Source: an uncultured Chloroflexia bacterium
GTDB taxonomy: Bacteria; Chloroflexota; Limnocylindria; Limnocylindrales; CSP1-4
Direction: 5' to 3'
Length of the DNA: 64,000 bases
NCBI GenBank assembly: GCA_963704935.1
Contig: CAVPIF010000003.1
Location: forward strand, 542,024 to 606,023
Position 1 is the stretch's first letter. Every line of letters starts with the position of its first letter. Under the pieces are notes generated by a model. The model was not told where the DNA came from and did no database searches. It worked only from the letters and a program-made list of their open reading frames with translations. A program made the translations under genes and the position numbers. Positions 38,910-48,641 of this stretch are shown one piece after another.

Positions 38910-40189
38910 ACAAGGTCGTCCTCGCCTACTCGGGCGGACTCGATACGTCCGTCGCCGTCGCCTGGCTGAAGGAGCAGTACGGCGTCGAGGTCATCACGCT
39001 GACCGTGGACCTTGGGGGCGGCTCCCTGCGCCCGGGCGTGGAGAAGCGGGCGATGTCCGTCGGCGCGTCGCGCGCCTACGTGGTGGATGCCCGCGAGCGG
39101 TTCATCACCGACTTCGTGTGGCCCCATCTCCAGGCGAACGCGCTGTACCAGGGCGCCTACCCGCTGGCGACGGCCCTGGCGCGGCCCCTCATCGCCCAGC
39201 TGCTCGTGGAGGTCGCCAACCGTGAGGGCGCGGATGCGATCGCCCACGGCTGCACCGGCAAGGGCAACGACCAGGTCCGCTTCGACGTTGCGACCCACGC
39301 CCTGGATCCGGGGCTGGAGGTCATCGCTCCGATGCGCGTCGGGATGGGCCTGTCACGCGACCAGGAGATCGACTACGCCAACGAGCGCGGGATCGAGATC
39401 CCGATCACGAAGGCGTCGCCCTATTCCATCGACGTGAACCTGTGGGGCCGCTCGTGCGAGACCGGCGTGCTGGAAGATCCGTGGGTCACGCCGCCCGCCG
39501 ATGCCTACGAGTGGACCGTGGCCCCGTCCGACGCGCCCGACCCGGTCGAGGTCGTCATCGCGTTCGAGGGCGGCATCCCCGTCGCACTCGACGGAGAGCG
39601 GCTGGACCCGGTCACGCTCGTGGAGCGACTGCACGACCTGGGCGGCGCCCACGGCGTCGGCCGCGTGGACCACGTCGAGGATCGCCTCGTCGGCATCAAG
39701 AGCCGCGAGATCTATGAGGCGCCGGCCGCGACGATCCTGCACGCCGCGCACCGCGCGCTCGAGGGCCTGACCCTCTCGCGTGACACCTTGCGGTTCAACG
39801 GGTTCGTGGCCGACGAGCTGGCACGCCTGGTCTACGACGGCCTGTGGTTCAGTGCCCTGTCGCGCGACCTGCGCGCGTATGCCGCCTCGTCGCAGCGGGT
39901 CGTCAGCGGAGACGTGCGCATGCAGCTCGATCACGGGCAGGCCGTCGTGGTCGGGCGCCGCTCCCCGCTGTCGCTGTACGACAAGAGCCTGGCCACCTAC
40001 GACGAGGGCGATGCGTTCGACCACGCGGCGGCCGTCGGGTTCATCGAGATCTTCGGGCTGCCGTTGCGGGTGGAGGCGGCGCGTCACGGCGCCGTCGGCA
40101 AGCACCACGGGGCGGCGTGGACCTGGACCGACCCCCTGCTCGCGGACCTGCCGACGACGGTCACCGATCCGGAGCCCGCCGCGGTCTGA
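38906..40189 (+). CDS. argG: argininosuccinate synthase
   Basis: VVLAYSGGLDTSVA P-loop-like motif, GCTGKGNDQVRF. GTGA overlap with argR. Confidence 0.9.
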   Translation: MNKVVLAYSGGLDTSVAVAWLKEQYGVEVITLTVDLGGGSLRPGVEKRAMSVGASRAYVVDARERFITDFVWPHLQANALYQGAYPLATALARPLIAQLLVEVANREGADAIAHGCTGKGNDQVRFDVATHALDPGLEVIAPMRVGMGLSRDQEIDYANERGIEIPITKASPYSIDVNLWGRSCETGVLEDPWVTPPADAYEWTVAPSDAPDPVEVVIAFEGGIPVALDGERLDPVTLVERLHDLGGAHGVGRVDHVEDRLVGIKSREIYEAPAATILHAAHRALEGLTLSRDTLRFNGFVADELARLVYDGLWFSALSRDLRAYAASSQRVVSGDVRMQLDHGQAVVVGRRSPLSLYDKSLATYDEGDAFDHAAAVGFIEIFGLPLRVEAARHGAVGKHHGAAWTWTDPLLADLPTTVTDPEPAAV

Positions 40190-40223
40190 CGGGTACTCGC
40201 CGCTGGTCGTCTACGATGCGACG

Positions 40224-40946
40224 ATGACGAACTCGGACACCAGCGTCTCCCCGGCCGACCTTCGTGCCGGCCTCATCGACGGTCTACTTGCCGGCCGGGC
40301 CGTGGAACGCGACATCCTCGCGGCACTCGACCCGGCGGAACGCGACGCTCCGGCGCCGGACGGCGGCTGGTCGGCCAAGGACGTCCAGGCCCACCTGTCC
40401 GCCTGGCGGCGGCACCAGGCGGACCGGCTCACCGGCCTGCGCGAGGGGCGGTCGCGACCGGACATCCCGGGCAGCGAGACCGATGCCACCAACGCCACGA
40501 TCCATGCCGAGCGAGCGGACTGGGCCTGGGAGCAGGTGCTGGCCGATGCCGATGCCGCGACGGACCTGCTCATCGCAGAGCTCCGGGCGGCCAGCGACGA
40601 GACCATCGCGAATGACCGGATCGTCGGGGCGACGCTCGGCAATGGACCGGAACACGACCTGACGCACCTGCCGGCGCTCGCGGCGCGCACCGGCCTCAGC
40701 GACCGGGTCATGTCGCTGGCGACGGTGGTCGAGGCCTCGGCCGCGAGGGGCGGATGGCCGCCCCGGTCGGCCGCGTTCGCCCGCTACAACCTGGCCTGTT
40801 TCCATGCCCTGGCCGGGCGCCTCGACGAGGCACGGGCGCTGCTGCGCCAGGCCCTCCCGGACCAGCCCGAATTGCAGGAGTTCGCGCCGGTCGACGACGA
40901 TCTCGTCGCGCTGCGCGATGAGATCGCGGCATTGCTCGCGGTCTGA
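40224..40946 (+). CDS. DinB/MDMPI_N-like domain protein with a TPR-like C-terminus
   Basis: 240 aa. Pattern DVQAHLSAWRRHQAD ... HAERAD is weakly like DinB_2 metal-binding helices. Weak call. Confidence 0.4.
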   Translation: MTNSDTSVSPADLRAGLIDGLLAGRAVERDILAALDPAERDAPAPDGGWSAKDVQAHLSAWRRHQADRLTGLREGRSRPDIPGSETDATNATIHAERADWAWEQVLADADAATDLLIAELRAASDETIANDRIVGATLGNGPEHDLTHLPALAARTGLSDRVMSLATVVEASAARGGWPPRSAAFARYNLACFHALAGRLDEARALLRQALPDQPELQEFAPVDDDLVALRDEIAALLAV

Positions 40947-41008
40947 CGATCGGGGCCCGGAGCGGCCCGGCGCCGGTCACGTCTCGAGGCTGGCCGATCC
41001 ACCCCCCG

Positions 41009-42292
41009 ATGCGCGATGATCGTGCGGTGATGGCCGATCCCTCCGTCTTCCTCGCCCGGCCCGCCACCGACCTCGACGAGGCCGGCAAGCAGCTGCGAGA
41101 ACTCGCCTTCCTCCACGACATCGCCCAGGTGGCGACGCTGGCACGCGATTGGGACGAGCTGATGCGGACCATCGTGGACGGCACGACGGCGGCGATGGGC
41201 GTCGAAGTCTGCTCGTTCTACCTCGCCGACCGGGAGCGCACGCGGTTGACCCTGTCGGCCACGAACGGCCTGGACCGGTCGCAGGTGGGCAAGGTCAGTC
41301 TGGCGTGGGGCACCGGCATCACGGGGCGGGTGGCGGCCACCCGCGAACCGATCGCCGTCGAGGACGTCACGAACGACGACCGCTTCAGCTGGGTCCGCGG
41401 CTTTGACGTCGAGACGCTCACCGGCATGCTGTCGGTCCCGCTGATCTGGCACGACGGCGTCGTCGGCGTCCTCAACGTCCAGACGCGGGGCGTCCGCCGC
41501 TTCCACGAGGACGAGATCGAGTTCCTCCAGACGATCGCGGCACTGCTGGCCGGGATCGTCGAGAAGGGCCGACTCACGGCAGAGGTCGAGGCGAGGCTCG
41601 TCCAGTTGACGGCGCTCGACGCCGCCCGGGCGGAGCTGCTGAGCGTCGTCACCCACGAACTCCGCACGCCGTTGTCGGTCGTCCGCGTCTACGTGGACCT
41701 GCTCGCGGATGCCGCCGAGTCCGGGGAGTCGTCGCCAGCGACCGGCGAGTGGCGCGCCGCCGCGAACGACCAGCTTCGACGCCTGGACCGGCTCGTGGAT
41801 TCGATCCTGGCGTCCGTTCGTGGTGAAGGCCTGACCGGGCTGTCGCGGGCGCCGTTCGATGCCGTCCAGGCGGTCGACGACACGGTCGAGACGCTCCGAC
41901 TACTCCTGCGACCGCACCCGATCCGCTGGGAGCGCCCGCACCGGCCGATGACGGCCGTGGGCGATGACGCCCGCTTCCGCCAGGTCCTGGAGCAGCTCCT
42001 GGAGAACGAGTCCAAGTACGCGCCCTCGGACCAGGGCGTGAGCATCGGGATCTGGCGGGTGAACGACGAGGTCCAGGTCTACGTCACGGACGATGGGCCG
42101 GGCGTGCCCATCGAGGACTGGGAGAGCGTGTTCGAGCCGTTCGTCCGGGTGGAGGGCCGTGGCGGTTCTCGCGGCTCCGGCATCGGCCTGTTCGCCTCGC
42201 GCCGGCTGATGAGCGCGATGGGCGGCCGGATCTTCATCGAGCCCAACGGCTTCGCCAGCAGCCGCTTCGTGGTCGCCCTGCCGGCCGGATGA
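41009..42292 (+). CDS. cytoplasmic GAF-domain sensor histidine kinase (GAF-HisKA-HATPase_c); no cognate response regulator nearby
   Basis: No TM segments. HisKA H-box VTHELRTPL. G-boxes DDGPGVP and GSGIGL. Confidence 0.75.
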   Translation: MRDDRAVMADPSVFLARPATDLDEAGKQLRELAFLHDIAQVATLARDWDELMRTIVDGTTAAMGVEVCSFYLADRERTRLTLSATNGLDRSQVGKVSLAWGTGITGRVAATREPIAVEDVTNDDRFSWVRGFDVETLTGMLSVPLIWHDGVVGVLNVQTRGVRRFHEDEIEFLQTIAALLAGIVEKGRLTAEVEARLVQLTALDAARAELLSVVTHELRTPLSVVRVYVDLLADAAESGESSPATGEWRAAANDQLRRLDRLVDSILASVRGEGLTGLSRAPFDAVQAVDDTVETLRLLLRPHPIRWERPHRPMTAVGDDARFRQVLEQLLENESKYAPSDQGVSIGIWRVNDEVQVYVTDDGPGVPIEDWESVFEPFVRVEGRGGSRGSGIGLFASRRLMSAMGGRIFIEPNGFASSRFVVALPAG

Positions 42293-42359
42293 TGGCTTGC
42301 TGGCGTCTGAGCGATGGCCGAGCCACGGGGGATGTGCCCACCAAGCCCGCCTGCGCGGC

Positions 42360-43130
42360 ATGAGGCGCCTCACGGCTAACCCGCGGGTTAGGATCGCGGC
42401 CTTCTCGATCGGGGCCGCGATAGGCCTCGCCATGGCCGTCGCCGGTCAGGAATCCGAGCGCGCAACCGGCTGGTTGATTGGGATCGCCTCCTCTGGATTT
42501 CTCGCCAGTGAGATCGCCGGCGCACGCGAGCGATCGCGAGCCATGCCCCCACGAATCGACGTCATCCAGCTTCCGGGCGGCGACGCCAGTCCGGCACTCG
42601 TCCTCCCGAGTCGCGTCGGCAAGGCTCGGACCAGCCTGTTCATGGCCACGATGGCTATCTGCGGGCTCATCGCGCTGCTTGTCGGGAGCGAGTTTGCGAC
42701 CAAGATGCAGCTGGCTCGATGGGGGTTCGTCGCTGTCGGGCTGTATTTCGGGCTTGTGCTCGTGACGGCGCCGCCTCGGTGGCGTGCGACCGAGATGATG
42801 GTCGCGCTCACGCCGTCGGGCGTGCTCGTGCACGGTCTCGGGATGAGCACTTTCACTCGGTGGAGCGCCATCAGCCGAATCACAAGGCGCGAATTCCTCG
42901 GCACGCCCGTGGTAGGCATCGAAGTCAACGATCCAACCGCCATCGAGCGCTACGGACATGCTGCCTCCTGGTACAGCACGGCCCTCGATCGTCGGTATCT
43001 CGGAGCTGACCTCGGCATCTCCGTTGAGTCCCTTCCGGTGGACGCTGACACATTCGTTCGGATGGTCGAACGCTATGCCGAGCATCCAGACGAGCGAGCG
43101 CGGATCGGTCAGTCGAGCGAGATCGAGTAG
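42360..43130 (+). CDS. membrane protein with two TM helices and a PH-like C-terminal domain; lies in a low-GC island
   Basis: Local GC about 60-63% against about 72% in flanks, with atypical codons (att, ttt, ttg, cga). TM helices IAAFSIGAAIGLAMAV and LFMATMAICGLIALLV. The antisense ORF looks non-protein-like. Confidence 0.5.
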   Translation: MRRLTANPRVRIAAFSIGAAIGLAMAVAGQESERATGWLIGIASSGFLASEIAGARERSRAMPPRIDVIQLPGGDASPALVLPSRVGKARTSLFMATMAICGLIALLVGSEFATKMQLARWGFVAVGLYFGLVLVTAPPRWRATEMMVALTPSGVLVHGLGMSTFTRWSAISRITRREFLGTPVVGIEVNDPTAIERYGHAASWYSTALDRRYLGADLGISVESLPVDADTFVRMVERYAEHPDERARIGQSSEIE

Positions 43131-43239
43131 GACTAGTGCCGGCCGGATAGGCGGGCCCGGCGACCGACGTTGACATCGATGGTCTCGCCGGCTCTCGGCC
43201 AACGCTGAGGGCTCCGTCGCCGCCATCCGACATCGATAA

Positions 43240-43938
43240 TCAACCGCGCGGACCGGCCTCAGCCTGCGCGGGGCCAGGCGCCCAGAGGCCGCCCGTGGCC
43301 GTCATCCAGTCCGCCACCTGCCCACAGGCACGATCCAGGTCGCCATCGCTCATGTCGACCTCCAGGACCGGCAGGCCGGACCTCGCCGCAAGCCCGCGCA
43401 GCACCTCCTGCTCGCGAAGGAAGACGTCGAGGTCGTCGTACTGGTCGGGCTTGCCGCTTACCAGGAGCCTGTCCGCTCGCGCGGCTCCGAGCGTCTCCGG
43501 ACGGCGCGTACACAGCACGATGTGGAACCCCAGCGGCCCCAGGCGCTCCTCCAGCCAGCCGAGGTCCTCGTCGCGACCGCGGTGAATCTGCTGCCAGGCC
43601 ATGGTCGACAGGTGGAACCGGTCCACCACCCAGCTGTAGTAGCGGTGCAGCTCGAACAACCGCGCCCAGGTGGCGTAGGTCTCCATCGCGAGGTCCCGTT
43701 GGGACTCGTCGTAGTCGATCAGGCCGCGGCCCCAGGGATACGGCGTGAAGGCCCCCCACTCCGCGCTGACCAGCGGGGCATGGTAGCGGTACTTTCGCGG
43801 CCCGATGAACGGCTCGAAGTCGTTGAGGGCGAACGCGAGGTCGGTCTTGTGGGTGAGCCGCGTTCCCTCGAGGATGACCTTGGGCGTCAACTTGGGCCCG
43901 GGCGCCCAGCGCCGGACCGGCGGGGCCGAGCTCGTCAC
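43240..43938 (-). CDS. thymidylate-kinase-like (Tmk/dNK fold) protein with a degenerate P-loop
   Basis: [13 protein letters not shown] is a P-loop-like EGxxxxxKT with the Gly residues lost. [11 protein letters not shown] matches the Tmk DRYxxSxxAYQ motif. A lid-like RRPE follows. Overlaps the add stop. Confidence 0.5.
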   Translation of the reverse strand: MTSSAPPVRRWAPGPKLTPKVILEGTRLTHKTDLAFALNDFEPFIGPRKYRYHAPLVSAEWGAFTPYPWGRGLIDYDESQRDLAMETYATWARLFELHRYYSWVVDRFHLSTMAWQQIHRGRDEDLGWLEERLGPLGFHIVLCTRRPETLGAARADRLLVSGKPDQYDDLDVFLREQEVLRGLAARSGLPVLEVDMSDGDLDRACGQVADWMTATGGLWAPGPAQAEAGPRG

Positions 43939-45044
43939 TGGGCGACGACGACCCGGCTCTCCTCAGCGCGCAGGCGGGCATAGCCCGGCTTGACGACCTC
44001 GTTGATGAGGCGCAGTCGCTCGTCGAACGGCGCGAAGGCCGACTTGAGCGCGTTGATCGTCAGCCACTCCATCTCGCCGAGACCCAGGCCGAACGCCGCG
44101 TCCAGCGCCGCGAACTCCGACGAGAGCGTGACGCCGCTCATCAACCGATTGTCGGTGTTGACGGTGACCCGGAACCGGAGGCGACGGAGGAGATCGATCG
44201 GGTGCTCCTCGATCGACGCGGCGGCCGCGGTGTGGACGTTGGAGGTGGGACACATCTCGAGCGGGACGCGGCGGTCGCGGACGAACGTGGCGAGCCGACC
44301 AAGCTGGACGGTCCCGTCGTCGCGCACGGTCACGTCGTCGACGATCCGGACGCCGTGGCCCAGCCGCTCCGCGCCGCAGAACTGGAGAGCCTCCCAGATC
44401 GACGGCAGTCCGAACGACTCGCCCGCGTGGATCGTGATGTGGAAGTTCTCGCGACGGACGAGGTCGAACGCGTCGAGGTGACGGGTCGGCCGATAACCGG
44501 CCTCGGGTCCGGCGATGTCGAAGCCGACGACACCCTCGTCGCGGAACCTGATGGCGCACTCGGCGACCTCCACGGAACGAGCCGCCTGGCGCATCGCGGT
44601 CACGAGCGAGCGGACGACGATGGGGTGGCCGGCCGCTGCGGCACGGGCCTCCCCGATCCGGTAACCCTCCAGGATCGCGGCCTGGACCTCGTCGAGCGTC
44701 AGGCCACGTTCCGTGCACAGTTCGGGCGCCATCCGGACCTCGGCGTAGGCGACGCCGTCGGCGGCGAGGTCCTCGGCGCACTCGGCGGCGACTCGCGTGA
44801 TGGCGTCGCGCTCCTGCATGACGCCGGTCGTGTGGGCGAACGTCTCGAGGTAGAGCTCCAGGCTCTTGCGGTCCGCGCCCCGGCGGATGTGCGCGGCGAG
44901 CGCCTCCGGGTCGGTCGATGGCAGGCCGGCATACCCGAACTCGGCGGCAAGGTCGATCATCGTCGCCGGCCGCAGGCCGCCGTCGAGGTGGTCGTGGAGC
45001 ATCGCCTTGGGTGCGGCGACGATCGTGGACATCGAGAGGCGCAT
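43935..45044 (-). CDS. add: adenosine deaminase
   Basis: [13 protein letters not shown] and VTVNTDNR metal-binding motifs, at housekeeping length (369 aa). Confidence 0.85.
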   Translation of the reverse strand: MRLSMSTIVAAPKAMLHDHLDGGLRPATMIDLAAEFGYAGLPSTDPEALAAHIRRGADRKSLELYLETFAHTTGVMQERDAITRVAAECAEDLAADGVAYAEVRMAPELCTERGLTLDEVQAAILEGYRIGEARAAAAGHPIVVRSLVTAMRQAARSVEVAECAIRFRDEGVVGFDIAGPEAGYRPTRHLDAFDLVRRENFHITIHAGESFGLPSIWEALQFCGAERLGHGVRIVDDVTVRDDGTVQLGRLATFVRDRRVPLEMCPTSNVHTAAAASIEEHPIDLLRRLRFRVTVNTDNRLMSGVTLSSEFAALDAAFGLGLGEMEWLTINALKSAFAPFDERLRLINEVVKPGYARLRAEESRVVVAQ

Positions 45045-45085
45045 CAGGGCTCCGATGGTACTCGCCCGACCCTTCCCCGCGTGCC

Positions 45086-46006
45086 ATGATGGGCGCCATG
45101 ACGGTGACCGCGCATGGATCCGGTGGCGGCTTCGACCTGGTCATGGAACTCGAGACGGATCGGCTGCTGCCCGGTCGACTGGTCGATGGCCGGCTCCGGG
45201 TCCGGTCCCTGTCCGGTGAAGGTGGCGCCTTCCGCGGGGCGCGCGTCACCCTCGCCGGCACGGAGACGTGGCGGTATGACGAGACAACGACCGATTCGCA
45301 GGGCCACACGCATACGGAGACCCGGACGGCGCGCGAGGCCCTGCCCGGCGTGCCGGTCGCAGTGCTGGGGGCCACGCGCCTGGCGAGCGGCGAAAAGCGC
45401 GAGGTCGCGTTCCAGGTCCCGGTCCCGGGCCTGGGCCCGCCGACCTTCGACGGCACCGAGCTATCCGTCGAGTGGAAGGTGCGCGCCAACCTGGACGTCG
45501 GCGGGCTCGATCCCGACACGGAGCTGCCGGTGCGCGTGCTCCAGCCGACGTCCCTGCTCGACGCCGGCGTCATCGACGTCGCCCAGTTCGCGCTCTTCGA
45601 CGCGGCGGATGCGGAGGCCGATGGCATGCGCGGGTCGATCCGCCTCGAGCCTGTGCCGCTCTGCGTCGGAGCGCCGTTCCGGGGGACGCTGACGCTGGAG
45701 CAGGCAGCCCCACGGAGCGTGCAGGAGGTCCGCCTGGAGCTACGGGTCCAGGCCAAGGCGACGGTCAGCGGTGGCCGTGAGGAGACGATCACGCTCTGGA
45801 CCGGGCGGCTCGCGGACGCCGGGGAATTCGGGGGCGCCGGTCAGGCCTATGCCTTCGAAGGGACCCTGGACGACCGATCGGTGCCAACGATACGGACGCC
45901 GCACGGCCGCGCCGACGCTACGTTCCATGTGGTCATCGCCATGGCCTGGGCCCGTGACCCGCACCTGGTCCGCGACGTCGCGATCTGCTCCACGACGGAG
46001 CTGTAG
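45086..46006 (+). CDS. hypothetical protein, arrestin/Spo0M-like beta-sandwich
   Basis: Alternating beta-strand pattern resembling the Spo0M/arrestin-N fold. No catalytic motifs. Weak call. Confidence 0.4.
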   Translation: MMGAMTVTAHGSGGGFDLVMELETDRLLPGRLVDGRLRVRSLSGEGGAFRGARVTLAGTETWRYDETTTDSQGHTHTETRTAREALPGVPVAVLGATRLASGEKREVAFQVPVPGLGPPTFDGTELSVEWKVRANLDVGGLDPDTELPVRVLQPTSLLDAGVIDVAQFALFDAADAEADGMRGSIRLEPVPLCVGAPFRGTLTLEQAAPRSVQEVRLELRVQAKATVSGGREETITLWTGRLADAGEFGGAGQAYAFEGTLDDRSVPTIRTPHGRADATFHVVIAMAWARDPHLVRDVAICSTTEL

Positions 46007-46059
46007 CCCGCCACCAGAGCGGCCGCCGGACCAGGGACGGGCCGCAGCGAAGCCCTCGT

Positions 46060-47484
46060 CTAATCGCCGGTGGCGTCCAGCCGCTCCCTGGCAGCCCGGA
46101 GCGCCAGTGCCACCCGGGACGGCGCCGTTCCCCCGATGACGTCGCACGCGGCGAGGGCCCCGTCCACGGACGCCGCGGCCCGCACGGCGTCGCCGATCCC
46201 CGCCTCTGCGGCCAGCGCCTCTGCGCCGGCGTCCCCGCTCGCGCCGAGGGCCATCCCGATCATCGCGTCCGGCACGTCGCCGAGCCCGAGACCAGCTTCC
46301 TCTGCCTGGGCGACCAGCGCGCCGACCACATGGTGCGCGACGCGGAACGGGATTCCCCGCCGGACCAGGGCGTCCGCGACGGCGGTCGCCGTGATGTATC
46401 CCTCATCCGCCGCTTCGCGCATCCGCACGGGGTCGACGGTCAGCGTGGCGAGCATCCCCGCCAGCACGCCGAGCGAGGCCTCGTACACCGCGACCGAGTC
46501 GAACAGCGGGGCCTTGTCCTCCTGGAGATCGCGCTGGTAGGCGAGTGGCAAGCCCTTGATCAGGGCCAGGACGCCCGTCAGCGCCCCGATGACGCGGGCG
46601 GCCCGGCCACGGACCAGCTCCGCCGGGTCCGGGTTCTTCTTGTTGGGCATGATCGATGACCCGGTGGAGAACGCGTCGGACGCCCGGATGAACCCGAAGC
46701 GCGGGTTCGACCACCAGGTGATCTCTTCGGCAAGGCGACTCAAGTGGACCATGCCCAGCGCGATCGCGCCGATGACCTCGACGACGAAGTCGCGATCGCT
46801 CACGGCGTCCAGCGAATTGGCCGTCACGCCATCGAACCCAAGCTCCGCCGCCGTCAGCTCCCGATCGAGCGGGTAGCCGGCCCCCGCCAACGCACCGGCC
46901 CCCAGCGGCGAGACATTGGCCCGCCTTCCTGCGTCGGCCAGCCGGCCGCGATCCCGCTCGGCCATCTCCACGTAGGCCAGCAGGTGGTGGGCCAACAGCA
47001 CCGGCTGCGCGGGCTGGATGTGGGTCGTCCCGGGCAGGACGGCGGTCCCTTCGCGCTCGGCCAGCTCGACGAGCGCCCGCTCGAAGTCGAGGATCGCAGC
47101 ATCCAGGCGGTCGATCGCCCGACGGACCCAGAGCCGGAGGTCGGTCGCCACCTGGTCATTGCGCGACCGGCCGGTGTGGAGCTTGCCGGCGACCGGCCCG
47201 ATCCGCGCGGCCAGGGCCGACTCGAGATTCATGTGCACGTCTTCAAGCCCGGGATCCCAGTCGATCGCACCCGCCGCGACGTCGTCGCGGAGGGCCTCCA
47301 GGCCGACGACCAGTTCGTCGACCTCATCGCTGGTCAACAGCCCGGCCCGGCCGAGCCCGCGGACGTGCGCGATGGACCCGAGCAGGTCCTCCGCCGCGAG
47401 CTCGCGGTCCAGTTCCACGGAGCGCGTGAAGTCGGCGACACGCGGGTCATTCTCCTCGGCGAACCGACCGCCCCACAGTCGCAT
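46060..47484 (-). CDS. argH: argininosuccinate lyase
   Basis: MRLWGGRF, the fumarate-lyase signature GSSIMPNKKNPD and TGRSRNDQVATD. Confidence 0.9.
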   Translation of the reverse strand: MRLWGGRFAEENDPRVADFTRSVELDRELAAEDLLGSIAHVRGLGRAGLLTSDEVDELVVGLEALRDDVAAGAIDWDPGLEDVHMNLESALAARIGPVAGKLHTGRSRNDQVATDLRLWVRRAIDRLDAAILDFERALVELAEREGTAVLPGTTHIQPAQPVLLAHHLLAYVEMAERDRGRLADAGRRANVSPLGAGALAGAGYPLDRELTAAELGFDGVTANSLDAVSDRDFVVEVIGAIALGMVHLSRLAEEITWWSNPRFGFIRASDAFSTGSSIMPNKKNPDPAELVRGRAARVIGALTGVLALIKGLPLAYQRDLQEDKAPLFDSVAVYEASLGVLAGMLATLTVDPVRMREAADEGYITATAVADALVRRGIPFRVAHHVVGALVAQAEEAGLGLGDVPDAMIGMALGASGDAGAEALAAEAGIGDAVRAAASVDGALAACDVIGGTAPSRVALALRAARERLDATGD

Positions 47485-47699
47485 GGCCCGCTACCCTCGC
47501 TCGTCGAGGGATGCGCGGATCGGCGGATGCTTGGCAGTGGCAGGGATCGTCACGTCGGGATTGTCGCATCACCGGGCCGCCGCGGCGCCGCGGGCCGCAA
47601 CGATCCAGCCCCGGCCGGGGTTCTACGGGCAACGACCCGAGCGGCATGTCGCCGCGTCGCTTGACCCATCCCGATAGGCCAACGACCTATGATGCGCCG

Positions 47700-48626
47700 A
47701 TGACCGCCCGCACCACCCGAGCCGACTGGCTGATCTTCCTGGCCCTCGGGTTCATGTGGGGCTCCAGCTACCTGTTCATCAAGCTCGCCGTCGACGACTT
47801 CGGCACCTTCACCCTGATCAGCGTCCGGCTGCTGATCGGCGCCGCGATGCTGTGGGTCGTGGTCCGTGCGAGCGGCACGCCACTGCCGCGCGAGCGTCGA
47901 ACCTACGGTCACCTCGTCGTCATGGCGTGCATCAACATCGCCGTGCCGTTCACGCTCATCACCTGGGCGGAGCAGTCGGTCGACAGCGCCCTGGCCTCCA
48001 TCCTGAACTCGACCGTGCCGCTGTTCGTGCTCGTCATCGCCCCGGCGTTCCTGCCGGAGGAGCCGATCCACCTCAACGGGCTGATCGGGCTGGCGATCGG
48101 GTTCGCCGGGGTGATGGTGCTCGTGTCGCCCGGCCTCGTGGACGCCGGCGGAAGCCTGGCCGGTGAGGTGGCGTTGCTGGGCTCCTCGCTGGCGTATGCG
48201 ACCGGCAACGTGTACAACCGGCGCAACGTTCGCGGATTGGCGCCGCTCGTCCCCGCGGTCTTCCAGGTGACCTTCGCGCTGGTGATCGTGGGCGCCCTGG
48301 CGTTGCTGCTGGAGCGACCCTGGGACACGGCGCACCCGGACCCGGAGGCGTGGTTCAGCGTCGCGTGGCTGGGGGTCTTCGGGTCCGGACTCGCCTACCT
48401 GGCCTACTTCCGGCTGCTGGCGCGCTGGGGAGCGACCCGGACCTCCATGGTGGCCTACACCTTGCCGGTCGTCGGAATCGCGCTCGGGGCCCTGGTGCTC
48501 CAGGAGGCGATCGACGTGACCCTCATCGCGGGGACCGCCCTGATCATCGCCGGCGTCGCACTGGTCAACGGGCGCTGGGGTCGACGTCGCCTGTTCGCGT
48601 CCACGCCGCCGGTGGAGCCGGTCTGA
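47700..48626 (+). CDS. DMT-superfamily (EamA-like) transporter
   Basis: Ten TM helices in two EamA-like halves. Confidence 0.7.
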   Translation: MTARTTRADWLIFLALGFMWGSSYLFIKLAVDDFGTFTLISVRLLIGAAMLWVVVRASGTPLPRERRTYGHLVVMACINIAVPFTLITWAEQSVDSALASILNSTVPLFVLVIAPAFLPEEPIHLNGLIGLAIGFAGVMVLVSPGLVDAGGSLAGEVALLGSSLAYATGNVYNRRNVRGLAPLVPAVFQVTFALVIVGALALLLERPWDTAHPDPEAWFSVAWLGVFGSGLAYLAYFRLLARWGATRTSMVAYTLPVVGIALGALVLQEAIDVTLIAGTALIIAGVALVNGRWGRRRLFASTPPVEPV

Positions 48627-48641
48627 CCGCGACCGTTTCGC

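Noticed and set aside
42234-43226. 330-aa minus-strand ORF in the low-GC island
   Set aside because: The opposite-strand ORF encodes TM helices and a folded-looking domain. This one is His/Arg/Pro/Asp-rich and non-protein-like.
43240-45044. RADAR-type adenosine-deaminase defence system
   Set aside because: Add is housekeeping-sized (369 aa) with canonical motifs. No large AAA ATPase (RdrA) or large deaminase (RdrB) is present.
43963-45792. 609-aa minus-strand ORF
   Set aside because: Overlaps add in another frame and is antisense to the arrestin-like gene. Arg-rich junk composition.
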